Source: Ureaplasma parvum serovar 3 str. ATCC 27815
Lineage (GTDB): Bacteria; Bacillota_I; Bacilli_A; Mycoplasmatales; Mycoplasmoidaceae
Assembly (NCBI RefSeq): GCF_000019345.1
Contig: NC_010503.1
Span: 600,001 to 632,000 of the forward strand
Direction of reading: 5' to 3'
DNA: 32,000 nucleotides
The notes beneath the pieces were generated by a model. It ran no database searches. It saw nothing but the letters and a program-made list of their open reading frames with translations, and was not told the DNA's origin. Below are positions 12,746 through 21,869 of this stretch, piece by piece. The stretch's first letter is position 1. Each line of letters opens with the position of its first letter. The position numbers and the translations under genes are program-made.

Positions 12746-12783
12746 AAAAAAACGGCACGGCGCCGTTTTTTTTTTTTTTTTTT
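12746..12783. terminator. Bidirectional rho-independent terminator between the convergent lipoprotein gene and rpsD.
   Basis: The structure is A7, CGGC stem, acggc loop, GCCG stem, T18. The GC stem can extend through A:T pairs. It sits between the stops at 12719 (+) and 12818 (-). Confidence 0.8.
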
Positions 12784-12817
12784 GATTGGTTAATTGCTTA
12801 TCTTGTAATATAAGTAA

Positions 12818-13426
12818 TTACATTAATCGGTTGTATCATTCAACAACGTAAGCTTCATTTACATCTGCTGGTAATTCATTACGTTCTGGTAAACGTGCTA
12901 ATTTTGCAACTTTTTTTTCTTTATCGATTAATTCAATAAAATCAGCTGGTTTGTTTAAAGTATTTTTAATTAAAGGTATTTCTAATGATTTAGCCTTAAG
13001 AGCAATTGTACTACCTACTTCAACTAGTGCTGAAGGGATGTTAACCTTTTTATTGTTAACCAAAACGTGTGAGTGATTTACTAATTGACGTGCAGCACGA
13101 CGTGTTGGAGCAAATCCAGCACGATAAACTAATGAATCTAAACGTGATTCAAGAACTTGTAATAAATTTAAAGTAAGTACGCCTGGACGGCCTAGTGCAA
13201 CTCTATATAAACGTCTAAATTGACGATCATTCAATCCATATAAAAACATTAACTTTTGTTTTTCAACTAATTGTTGGCCATAATTTGATAATTTAACTTT
13301 TTTATTACCGTGTTGTCCTGGACCGTATGTTCTTTTTTTACCAGAATTAAATTCTTTATTATTTTCTAATAAAGAAAATCCTAAACGGCGTGATTTTTTA
13401 TAAATACTACCTGTATAACGACTCAT
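12818..13426 (-). CDS. rpsD: 30S ribosomal protein S4.
   Basis: MSRYTGSIYKKSRRLGFSLLE... is a canonical S4 N-terminus. The track ORF ends at TGA (12836-12838). Reading it as Trp gives ...AYVVEWYNRLM, then TAA at 12818-12820, which matches the conserved S4 C-terminus (IVEFYSR type). Confidence 0.95.
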
Positions 13427-13691
13427 GATTATATTCTCCTCAAATTTATTTTAAGCATATAATCACAAAAATTTAGATTCTATAATTTTTTATTTAATTT
13501 TGATAGTTTCAGAGAAGTCAGCAACTTTCTTACTAATAAACATATTTTTTTAATATGAATTAAATAGGCAAATGATATATCTAATAAGCTGATTAATATG
13601 CTATTAACTATTATAATATATTTTGTGATTTAAAAAATACAAAATTATTTGATTATAATTTAATATACACCATCTATAAAGGAATTTGTTA

Positions 13692-15383
13692 ATGTCTTTA
13701 ATTTATCTTCTAATAGGTTTTATTTTATTATTTTTACTTATTTACTCTACTTTTGCATTATTGGACATTTGAACACTTAGAAAATATAACACATTCCGTC
13801 AAAATTTTTTTAATTTTGATCAATTAGTCAATACAAAATTTAATGATATTTATACTCATACAGATAATATCTATGCACGTACAAGTAAACAAAAAATAAC
13901 AATTATTAATAAATACCTAATTGCAATTAATAATGAATTAGATTTTCATAAAAAAAGTCTAATTAAATTACAAGATTATCTTGAAAATCATAAATTATTC
14001 TCTTATTTATCACTTATTAAGTTTATTAAAGCAAATGAAATTAAAATTAAAAATAATGTAGATGAATTTGTAGATTTAATTCAATCTTTTTGAAATGATT
14101 TTATTATTATTGATCAACAAGAAAGAAAAATTGAAGATACCCATAAGAAATTAGATTTAATGTATAAAGATCTTATAAGTAAATATAGTATTCCAAATTT
14201 AAATTATCAAAAAGCAATTAATTGAACTACTGATTCATTTAATAATTTAATTGAAACTAAAATTAGTATGAATTATTCAAAGTATAATTATTTTTTAGTT
14301 CAATTAATTCATCGTATTAAAAATAAAGTTCATTTATTAAAAAATATCATTGTAGTTTTAAATTCAATCAAAATTATTGAAGAAGCTAATAAAAATAGCT
14401 TACAAAAAGTGCAAGAAATCACCTTTTTGACTGATGACAAAATTAAAGAATTAAGACAATTTAACCATGATTTTAATGATTTTATTAATAACCAATTAGC
14501 TGATTTTATTTATAATTCAAAATTTGTTAATTTAAATAACCTTTATTTAAATAGTTATTATCAACAAGCCTTAAATTGACTTAATATTAGTTCGCAAAAC
14601 AATATTGGTGGGGCTGTTTTTGATAAATATAAAAAACGTTTTTATGATGATTTTAGCTTCATTAATAGCACTATTATTAAAGTAAATAATATTTTAGAAA
14701 AAATAAAGAGCACTTCAAAAAACTATCAATTAAACCAATTAAACCAATTAATTTTAGACTTAGATCAAGCTAATCAAAAAATTATTAATTCTAAAATTGA
14801 TAAAAATGATATCAAACAAAATATTGATTTCATTATTTCAACACAATTATTCTATGATAATTTAAAAAATTTATTGTTTTATTTAAATGATTTAAATGTT
14901 AAGTTAGCAAATTGGAATCACCACTGAAATACACTAGTTAAAAAAACTATCACTATTTATAATAAAAAAATCGAACTTGAATCTTATATTAAAAACAAAG
15001 ATATATTTTTTAATTTATCTAATGAAATTTTTTTAGATGATTTCGAATATATTGAAAATATATTTCAAAAAATAAATGCTTCAAATAGTTTTGATCCCCA
15101 AATTTTAACCAATCATGAGTTAATTATTCACCAATTAAATTTAATTAATGAACGTTTTGATTATCTTATTGAATATATTAACCAAACCCAATTATGGATG
15201 CCAAAAATCTATGATTTGCTTTATAATAAAATAAATTATTATGGTATCAACTATGAATGAATAAAAAAAGAATTTCAAAATTTAAATTGAAACAATGTGC
15301 CTCAAGCATCTAAATTATTAAATGAATTTATTGATAATATTATTATTGCTGATCACGCTTTAAAACGTTTAAAATTTAATTAA
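13692..15383 (+). CDS. N-terminally membrane-anchored protein, probably helical or coiled-coil (563 aa), with EzrA-like architecture.
   Basis: The ATG at 13692 is in frame with track ORF 14268-14579. Several TGA codons are read through and TAA is at 15381-15383. The N-terminus MSLIYLLIGFILLFLLIYSTFALL is a single TM segment. The rest is a K/E/N/L-rich, probably helical sequence. Its size and topology resemble EzrA (562 aa in B. subtilis), but homology was not tested. Confidence 0.75.
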
Positions 15384-15387
15384 TAAC

Positions 15388-15417
15388 AAAAAATACTAGC
15401 TTTAAGCTAGTATTTTT
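15388..15417. terminator. Bidirectional hairpin terminator between the EzrA-like gene and the 3' end of the tRNA cluster.
   Basis: AAAAATACTAGC-tttaa-GCTAGTATTTTT is a perfect 12-bp stem with a 5-nt loop. It has A/T runs on both sides. Confidence 0.75.
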
Positions 15418-15430
15418 AATTTTATTTAAA

Positions 15431-15506
15431 TGGTGGTTTCGGACAGAATCGAACTGTCGACACACGGATCTTCAGTCCGTTGCTCTACCGACTGAGCTAC
15501 GAAACC
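15431..15506 (-). tRNA. tRNA-Phe (GAA).
   Basis: The reverse complement GGTTTCGTAGCTCAGTCGGTAGAGCAACGGACTGAAGATCCGT...CCGAAACCACCA has anticodon loop CTGAAGA and an encoded CCA. Confidence 0.92.
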
Positions 15507-15507
15507 A

Positions 15508-15583
15508 TGGCGGTCCTGACGGGAGTCAAACCCGCGATCTCCTCTGTGACAGAGAGGCATGTTAATCACTACACCACAGAACC
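15508..15583 (-). tRNA. tRNA-Asp (GTC).
   Basis: The reverse complement GGTTCTGTGGTGTAGTGATTAACATGCCTCTCTGTCACAGAGG...GGACCGCCA has anticodon loop CTGTCAC. Confidence 0.92.
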
Positions 15584-15585
15584 AT

Positions 15586-15662
15586 TGGTTGCGGGAGAGG
15601 GATTTGAACCCCCGACCTCCAGATTATGAGCCTGACGAGCTACCAAGCTGCTCTATCCCGCG
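15586..15662 (-). tRNA. tRNA-Met (CAT), initiator type (fMet).
   Basis: The reverse complement CGCGGGATAGAGCAGCTTGGTAGCTCGTCAGGCTCATAATCTGGAGGTCGGGGGTTCAAATCCCTCTCCCGCAACCA is near-identical in layout to E. coli tRNA-fMet. It has the C1-A72 mismatched end. Confidence 0.88.
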
Positions 15663-15719
15663 ATAATAACTTTATAATGTTGTGTGTAAACATTGATAAA
15701 GTATTTTATATTTATATAA

Positions 15720-15812
15720 TGGCGGAGAAAGAGGGATTCGAACCCCCGCGCGACTTGCATCGCCTCTCAGTTTTCAAGACTGATCCCTTCAGCCGGACTT
15801 GGGTATTTCTCC
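15720..15812 (-). tRNA. tRNA-Ser (TGA), class II with a long variable arm.
   Basis: The reverse complement GGAGAAATACCCAAGTCCGGCTGAAGGGATCAGTCTTGAAAACTGAGAGGCGATGCAAGTCGCGCGGGGGTTCGAATCCC...GCCA has anticodon loop CTTGAAA. Confidence 0.9.
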
Positions 15813-15880
15813 ACAGTATATACTAAACTACAACCTTTTTATTATAACATAGTTTAGTACATTAATTTTATATATTTTAT

Positions 15881-15958
15881 TGGTGCTTCTAACAGGACTT
15901 GAACCTGTAACCAACCGATTATGAGTCGGGGGCTCTAACCAAATTGAGCTATAGAAGC
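15881..15958 (-). tRNA. tRNA with CAT anticodon, most likely tRNA-Ile2 (lysidine-modified CAU).
   Basis: The reverse complement GCTTCTATAGCTCAATTTGGTTAGAGCCCCCGACTCATAATCGG...TAGAAGCACCA has loop CTCATAA and a GGTTAGAGC D-arm, which is Ile-like. Its position matches the Met-Ile-Ser-fMet-Asp-Phe order known from M. capricolum and B. subtilis clusters. The Ile versus Met identity is inferred. Confidence 0.8.
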
Positions 15959-15960
15959 AA

Positions 15961-16037
15961 TGGTGGCTGGACAGAGATTTGAACTCTGAACCTCCCGGGT
16001 ATGAACCGAGCGCTCTAACCAGTTGAGCTATCCAGCC
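15961..16037 (-). tRNA. tRNA-Met (CAT), elongator.
   Basis: The reverse complement GGCTGGATAGCTCAACTGGTTAGAGCGCTCGGTTCATACCCGGGAGGTTCAGAGTTCAAATCTCTGTCCAGCCACCA has loop TTCATAC, as in Bacillus elongator Met. Confidence 0.88.
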
Positions 16038-16041
16038 AAAA

Positions 16042-16118
16042 TGGTCGGGAAGACAGGATTCGAACCTGCGACCCCTTGGTCCCAAACCAAGTGCACTACC
16101 AAGCTGTGCTACTTCCCG
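16042..16118 (-). tRNA. tRNA-Pro (TGG).
   Basis: The reverse complement CGGGAAGTAGCACAGCTTGGTAGTGCACTTGGTTTGGGACCAAGGGGTCGCAGGTTCGAATCCTGTCTTCCCGACCA has loop TTTGGGA. Confidence 0.92.
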
Positions 16119-16165
16119 AACGATTAAGATAATATTTCATAATACTATCTTTTTAAAAAATTTAA

Positions 16166-16242
16166 TGGCGCACCCTAAAGGAGTCGAACCCTTAACCTTC
16201 TGGTCCGTAGCCAGACGCTCTGTCCAATTGAGCTAAGGATGC
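16166..16242 (-). tRNA. tRNA-Arg (ACG).
   Basis: The reverse complement GCATCCTTAGCTCAATTGGACAGAGCGTCTGGCTACGGACCAGAAGG...GGGTGCGCCA has loop CTACGGA. Confidence 0.92.
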
Positions 16243-16245
16243 ATA

Positions 16246-16320
16246 TGGAGGTGCCAGTCAGATTCGAACTGACGAATAAGGAGGTTGCAGCTCCTGACCT
16301 TACCACTTGGCTATGGCACC
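16246..16320 (-). tRNA. tRNA-Cys (GCA).
   Basis: The reverse complement GGTGCCATAGCCAAGTGGTAAGGTCAGGAGCTGCAACCTCCTTATTCGTCAGTTCGAATCTGACTGGCACCTCCA has loop CTGCAAC. Confidence 0.92.
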
Positions 16321-16404
16321 AAGAATAAAATTAATTCTTTGGAACTAAACCTAATAAATTTTAAATTAATTTTGTGTTTTGAAATATTTAAAAACACATA
16401 TAAG

Positions 16405-16433
16405 ATAATAACAAAATTAAACTTAAAAGTCAA
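16405..16433 (-). promoter_or_regulatory. Candidate sigma-70-type promoter for the tRNA cluster (TTGACT-N17-TATTAT).
   Basis: On the minus strand, TTGACT is at 16433-16428, a 17-nt spacer follows, and TATTAT is at 16410-16405. This is about 85 nt upstream of tRNA-Cys. Motif-only evidence. Confidence 0.5.
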
Positions 16434-16440
16434 TCTTTTT

Positions 16441-17232
16441 TTATTTTTCATAAATTACAATAGGTGTAATATTAGTTGGAAAATTTGTTTCATCATCAAT
16501 TTCAACTAAACTAGCACAAAAAACATATTTTTCATCACTTGGTTCTAATATAAAACGTTTATTTGGATCACGAAATCGTTGAATAATACTACTTGGATTT
16601 GCCCCAATCACGCTATTAGCAGCACCACACATTCCTAAATCAGTTTGAAAAGCCGTATGATCGACAATTCTAGCATCATTTGTTGGAATATGTGTATGAG
16701 TACCATAAACTAAAGACAATTTACTTTTAAAATCTAAAAAAAGTGCATTTTTTTCACTTGTTGTTTCAGCATGAAAATCAACAATATGAATCGGTGCTTC
16801 ATTAAAAGCAATAATTTTATCTAAAGATTCAAAAGGATTTGTTTGTAAACCTTTCATATCAATAGAATTACCTAATAAATTAGTTACACGAATCATTTTT
16901 TTATTACAATAAAAAACTCGTGAACCAGAACCTACTAAGTGATACTGATGCGTATTAATAATATTATATGGACGAATAATATTTGTTTTGGTTGTTAGGA
17001 TTTCAAAAATATCAGGATGATCTCAAGTATGATTGCCCATAGTAATACAATCAATTCCATAACCTAATAATTCTTCATAATGTTTTCAACACAAACCGCG
17101 ACCATGTGTTGTATTCTCAGCATTAGCAATTACAAAATCAATTTGATACTCTTGTTTTAGCTTGGGCAATTCATTGGCCACTGCTTTTCTTCCTTGTTTT
17201 GAAAAAATATCTCCAATAGCTAAAATTTTCAT
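16441..17232 (-). CDS. ymdB: YmdB-family metallophosphoesterase (2',3'-cyclic-nucleotide phosphodiesterase-like), 263 aa.
   Basis: Track ORF 16441-16896 extends in frame through TGA codons to the ATG at 17232. The N-terminus MKILAIGDIFSKQGRKAV...VIANAENTTHGRGL...ITMGNHTWDH parallels B. subtilis YmdB (MRILFIGDVVG...INGENAAHGKGL...ITMGNHTWD). Confidence 0.88.
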
Positions 17233-17235
17233 TTT

Positions 17236-19467
17236 TTAACCTATTCTTCTTACGATTGTTTTATGATTAAAATTAATTTGTTTTGGTTGACGATATTTAC
17301 TGAAAGCAATTGTTAAGATATCACCATCAATTCCAATAATAACACCATCACCAAAACTTGTGTGAACAATTCTTTCACCAATTTCAAAATCGTTTTTCAT
17401 TGTTTGATAAAAATTATCTTCAACTTCTTTTTGTTTTTGTTTTGAATCGAACCATGAACGTTCTTCTTGTTGTTTTAAGAATGATTTTAATGGCATATCC
17501 TCTGGTTTATTATTTTTAAAACTACTATTTATAATCTTTAAATTATTAAAACCAATTTCATTAATAAAACGACTTTCAAATACTTGTCTTCTTGCTAATG
17601 GATCATAACAACAAGCAGATGAAATATAAAGATTTTTTTTTGCTCGTGTTAAGGCTACATAAGCAATTCTTCGTTCTTCTTCAACTCCTTTAATTGGATC
17701 ATCATTAATTGCTCGATCAGAAGGAAGAAGTCCTTCGTTCATACCAGCAACGAAAACGTTTTCATATTCTAGACCTTTAGAATTATGAACTGTCATTAAT
17801 AAAACATTTTCTTTACTATCTTTACCATCCTTATTCAAATATAAAGCAATCGAATTTAAATAATCATTAATCGTGTCATCTGGATGACGATCAACATACA
17901 TTTTCATAGCGCGTTTTAATTCATAAACATTATCGATTTTATCTTCTGCTTTTTCGTTTTCTAATAAATAAGCTTCATAGTTAACTTTTTTGTAAATTAA
18001 TTCTAAAATCTCATGAATTTTTAAATCTTCCATTTCATCACGGATTTCTTTAATTAAATTAACAAAATTTAAAATATTCTTTTTTTGTGTGTTATTTATT
18101 AAATGGTTTTTTTCAACTTCAGCTAATGCTTCAAATAAAAATAAATTATTATTTATTGCATAATGTTTAACATGTTCAAAAGTAGTTGGACCAATCGCAC
18201 GACGTGGTGTATTAATAATCCTTAAAAAAGATAGTTCATCTAAATCATTAACTACTTTTAAATAAGCAATCATGTCCTTAATTTCAGCACGTTCATAAAA
18301 CTTTTTACTGCCAAGAATTGTATAAGGAATGCTCTCGCGCATCATTGATTGTTCAATCGTACGAGAATAGTGATTGCTTCGGAACAAAACAGCGATTTGG
18401 TTAGCTGGCGTTCCTTCTTCTAACAATTCTCTAATTTTTCTAGCAATTCAATTAGCTTCATCAATTGGGTTTTGCCCTCGTAAATAAATTGGTAAATTAT
18501 TGTCATTAGTATTAAAAGCAGTTAAATTTTTTTTATAATTGTTGTTATTAGCATCGATTAATCTATTAGCTGTATTTAAAATTGGCTGAGTTGAACGATA
18601 ATTTGTTTTTAAAATTGTTACTTTTGTATTCTTAAAATTTTGACTAAAATTATTAATAATTCATTGTTCAGCACCTCTAAATGAATAAATCATTTGATCA
18701 GGGTCGCCAACCACAAATAAATTTTGATGTTTAGTTGCTAATAAACTAATTAAATCATATTGAATTTTATTAGTATCTTGAAATTCATCAACAAGAATAT
18801 AATCAAATTTATTTTGTCATTTTTCTAAAACTTCTGGAAACTCAATAAATAACTTATGAGTTAAATTGATCAAATCATCAAAATCAACATAATTTAATTT
18901 AAAACATCGATCACAATAAATCTTATAAATATCAACTAATCTTTGTGCATCATTTAAATCAACCAATTCTAAATACTTGTGATTTTTTTCATTTAGCATA
19001 TCGTTTTGATCAAAAAATTTATTTTTAACTTTACTAATCGTTTTAATTATTTTCTTAATAACTTGCGATTTTTTTTCAATGTTTAATTGATCAAAAATTT
19101 CTTTAAGCAAAACTTCTTGATCGTCTGTATCAATAATTTTAATATTGTTATGATAATTTAAATAATGAATATCTTGTTGTAAAATTTTTACACACATTGA
19201 ATGAAAAGTACTTAAATAAGGAATAGAAACGCCAATTGTTTTTCCAACACGTTCTTTCATTTCATCAGCAGCCTTATTAGTAAAAGTAAAACCTAAAATC
19301 CGTGATGGATGAATATTTTTTTCAGTAATTAAATAAGCAATACGTAAAGTTAAAACAGATGTTTTTCCTGTCCCTGCCCCTGCAATTACTAATTGCGGTC
19401 CTAAGTCTGCTGTAACTGCTTCTTTTTGTTCTTGATTTAAGCGTGAATAATCAATTCCTAATCCCAT
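17236..19467 (-). CDS. pcrA: ATP-dependent DNA helicase of the PcrA/UvrD family (743 aa).
   Basis: Track ORFs 17236-18426 and 18817-19467 are in the same frame. Motifs seen are AGAGTGKT (Walker A), and in the joined gap DEFQD, GDPDQ-IYSFRGA and TNYRS. The C-terminal part has VALTRAK. Confidence 0.92.
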
Positions 19468-19491
19468 AAAAGCTTCTCCTTATTTTTCATT

Positions 19492-20313
19492 TTATATTTT
19501 ATCTAGTTCTTGAATTAAATTATCGATTTTTTGAATCTCAACTTCACGTTTTGTTTTATGTTTAGGCGCTTGTTTTGGTTTCTCATAATGCATCCATAAT
19601 AAAACAACTTTTGCTACTTGATCATGTAAAGCACGTTTTTTTGAATTCATAAACATGTGAATTACAATAATACAACTAACTAAACCCATAATTGAATATA
19701 GACTTTTAACTAAAATACTTAAAATAGCCATAGTTGTAGTATTGGTGAAATTATCATTAATTTTTAAAGATAAAATTGACTGCACATAAGCTTTTAAATC
19801 TTTAATTTGATGATAATACTCTTTTAGCTCAGTCTCATTCATAGCTTGAATTGATTTAAAACTTGCATCAGCAAAAACAAAACAAAATCCCATCGCTAAT
19901 AAATTAATTATGGTAAAAATTAATCAAGTTAATAAACTATGTTTAATTAAAGCAATAAATAAAATTTTTTTATCGTTTTGTTTTACTAAACTAATCATTC
20001 TAATCGAAAATGCTCATCGAAATAAAGTATAAGATTTACAAAATAAAGGAATAATAATGTAGTATGTAGAATAAACAAAAAAAGCAATTATTCCCATTAA
20101 GAATAAACGTCAAGGTTCAGGAGCAAGCTCATCATTATTAACAAAAATATCACTAATTTTAAAATTACTATTAATAAAAACTAATAAAGATAATAAAAAA
20201 GCAATAATGGAAATAAAAATATAATCTAAAACACTAGCGCTAGCACGCCTTAGTGCACCAACAACGGGATATTCGATCGTATTTTCTTGTTTTAATGTTG
20301 ACTTATCACTCAT
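19492..20313 (-). CDS. RDD-family integral membrane protein (273 aa).
   Basis: Track ORFs 19492-19893 and 20110-20313 are in the same frame. I translated the gap 19894-20109 by hand and it is open, with three TGA codons (20110-20112, 20014-20016, 19924-19926). Features seen are GALRRASASVLDYIFI near the N-terminus, multiple hydrophobic segments, and KRALHDQVAKVVLL near the C-terminus (RDD signature positions). Confidence 0.75.
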
Positions 20314-21252
20314 TTAATTTAATCCCTGTTTTGATTTTAAATAATATTTTAAAATATTAATTTTAAACTTGCGAACATATAAATTATTCTCAAAATTAGC
20401 AAAATAAATCTCTAAATACTTTTTAGCATTTGATAAGGCATGACTAATAATCATTGTTCGTTCTTTAATTTGTTTTTTAGAATTAATATTAATTGTGTAT
20501 AATTCATAAATTTTTTTCAAAAAAGAATGAAAACAAATTCCCGTAATTCAATAACACAATTCGTCCTTATAAAGATCTAATAAATCATCATTACTAAATC
20601 TTATGTATAATTCATTAATTTGTTGTAGTAAATCATAAACATTATAACCAACCTCACCACTATTATTGCTAATGAAGTTAATATTTACATTTCTTCATGA
20701 ATTAAATTTGGTAAAAAGATCATAAATAAATAAAGCAGGGTATCATTTATCATTATAAAAAGCTAGTTTGTTTTTTCTAATAAAATCTAAAGCAATAATT
20801 TTATTAGAAACTGATTCTCATAATCCAACTAATATCTCTTTATTCAAACTATCAAAAACCAATGATGGATTTTGGTTAACATTATCATTTAAATTAAAAC
20901 TAATAACATCGTAATCTTTCTCTAAAACCGAAAACAACAATGAACTAGCATCTAAATTTAATTCAACATGACCTCCTAAATATCAAATGTATTTACCGTG
21001 AGCATATTTCGTTGCTAAATTATATGCATAAGCATTGCCTTGTGTTTCATTTAAATAAAAATATTTAATCTTAGCATTAGTATTTTCAATTAATGGTTTT
21101 AATGTTTTAAATAAATTATAATCACTAGCATCATCAATAATAATTAATTCAATATTTTTTTGATTTTGATTTAATAAATCTAAAAAATAATTAAAATTTT
21201 TTTTTAGATAATGAGTTGTCTTTGATAAATAAAAAGCAATTGTTAATAACAT
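20314..21252 (-). CDS. Family 2 glycosyltransferase (312 aa).
   Basis: Track ORFs 20314-20520 and 20983-21252 are in the same frame, and I checked the first TGA junction by hand. NIELIIIDDASDYN is the GT2 DxD-type nucleotide-sugar region. The stop (20314-20316) abuts the RDD start (20313). Confidence 0.8.
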
Positions 21253-21294
21253 GATTTGACCTCATATCTTATTATTATACTATTATATAAAAAT

Positions 21295-21327
21295 AAAACT
21301 AGAAGCAAAATAAAATGCTCTAGTTTT
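21295..21327 (-). terminator. Hairpin downstream of tRNA-Arg(UCG), just upstream of the GT2 operon promoter region.
   Basis: The minus strand reads AAAACTAGAGC-attttatttt-GCTTCTAGTTTT (one bulged base) followed by a T-rich run. A TATAAT box (complement of 21274-21279) and TGAGGT precede the ATG at 21252. Confidence 0.5.
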
Positions 21328-21338
21328 ATTTTAATTAA

Positions 21339-21415
21339 TGGCGCACCCAAAGAGACTCGAACTCCTAACCCTATGCTTCGAAGGCATATATTCTAACCAA
21401 TTGAACTATGGGTGC
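21339..21415 (-). tRNA. tRNA-Arg (TCG).
   Basis: The reverse complement GCACCCATAGTTCAATTGGTTAGAATATATGCCTTCGAAGCATAGGGTTAGGAGTTCGAGTCTCTTTGGGTGCGCCA has stem TATGC/GCATA and loop CTTCGAA. Confidence 0.85.
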
Positions 21416-21448
21416 ATTATTTTATATATTTTATATTATTTTAATAAC

Positions 21449-21481
21449 AAAAAAAAAAAAATCTGCAACCATGCAGATTTT
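21449..21481 (-). terminator. Intrinsic terminator between the two tRNA-Arg genes.
   Basis: The plus strand reads A13-ATCTGCA-acca-TGCAGAT-TTTT. On the minus (tRNA) strand the 7-bp hairpin is followed by T13. Confidence 0.7.
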
Positions 21482-21491
21482 AGTGTATCAA

Positions 21492-21568
21492 TGGCGCACC
21501 TGAAGGGATTCGAACCCCAGACCGTACGCTTAGAAGGCGTATGCTCTATCCAACTGAGCTACAGGTGC
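21492..21568 (-). tRNA. tRNA-Arg (TCT).
   Basis: The reverse complement GCACCTGTAGCTCAGTTGGATAGAGCATACGCCTTCTAAGCGTACGGTCTGGGGTTCGAATCCCTTCAGGTGCGCCA has loop CTTCTAA. A TATAAT box (complement of 21580-21585) lies just upstream. Confidence 0.9.
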
Positions 21569-21665
21569 AAATACAATTTATTATAACTTAAATCTTATTA
21601 AATTAATTAATTTAATTTTCATTTTTAATATTTTAATACTAATTATTTAGTGGAGGTATTAATTT

Positions 21666-21869
21666 ATGAACACAGAAAAAATAATACAAATTTTTTTATA
21701 TAAAACAAAATTATTCCGTATTCAATATTTATTTTTAGATGTTTGAGATGAAAAACAATACTTAAAAACTGAGGTAATTAAAGATTTGCAATTTATTAAT
21801 AAATGAAACATTAATAAAATTAAAAACTTACATTCTAATGAAAAAGAAGGTGATAAAAATGATCAATAA
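21666..21869 (+). CDS. Small hypothetical protein (67 aa).
   Basis: The ATG at 21666 is preceded by GGAGG (21652-21656). Two in-frame TGA codons hid it from the ORF track. Sequence: MNTEKIIQIFLYKTKLFRIQYLFLDVWDEKQYLKTEVIKDLQFINKWNINKIKNLHSNEKEGDKNDQ. The stop TAA is at 21867-21869. Confidence 0.55.

Noticed and set aside
15626-16085. Track ORFs 15626-15826 (+) and 15828-16085 (-).
   Set aside because: They lie entirely over the tRNA genes (fMet, Ser, Ile2, Met, Pro). Their relatively GC-rich composition comes from the tRNA genes.
16285-16509. Track ORF 16285-16509 (+).
   Set aside because: It starts inside tRNA-Cys, crosses the tRNA promoter region and runs antisense into ymdB. It has no coding signal.
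21338-21586. Track ORF 21338-21586 (+).
   Set aside because: It is antisense to, and fully explained by, the two tRNA-Arg genes and the terminator between them.
21838-21869. Possible programmed +1 frameshift fusing the 67-aa ORF to the following ~380-aa ORF.
   Set aside because: No slippery heptamer is present. The ATG at 21859 has its own GAAGGTGA site and overlaps the upstream stop, the usual arrangement for translational coupling.
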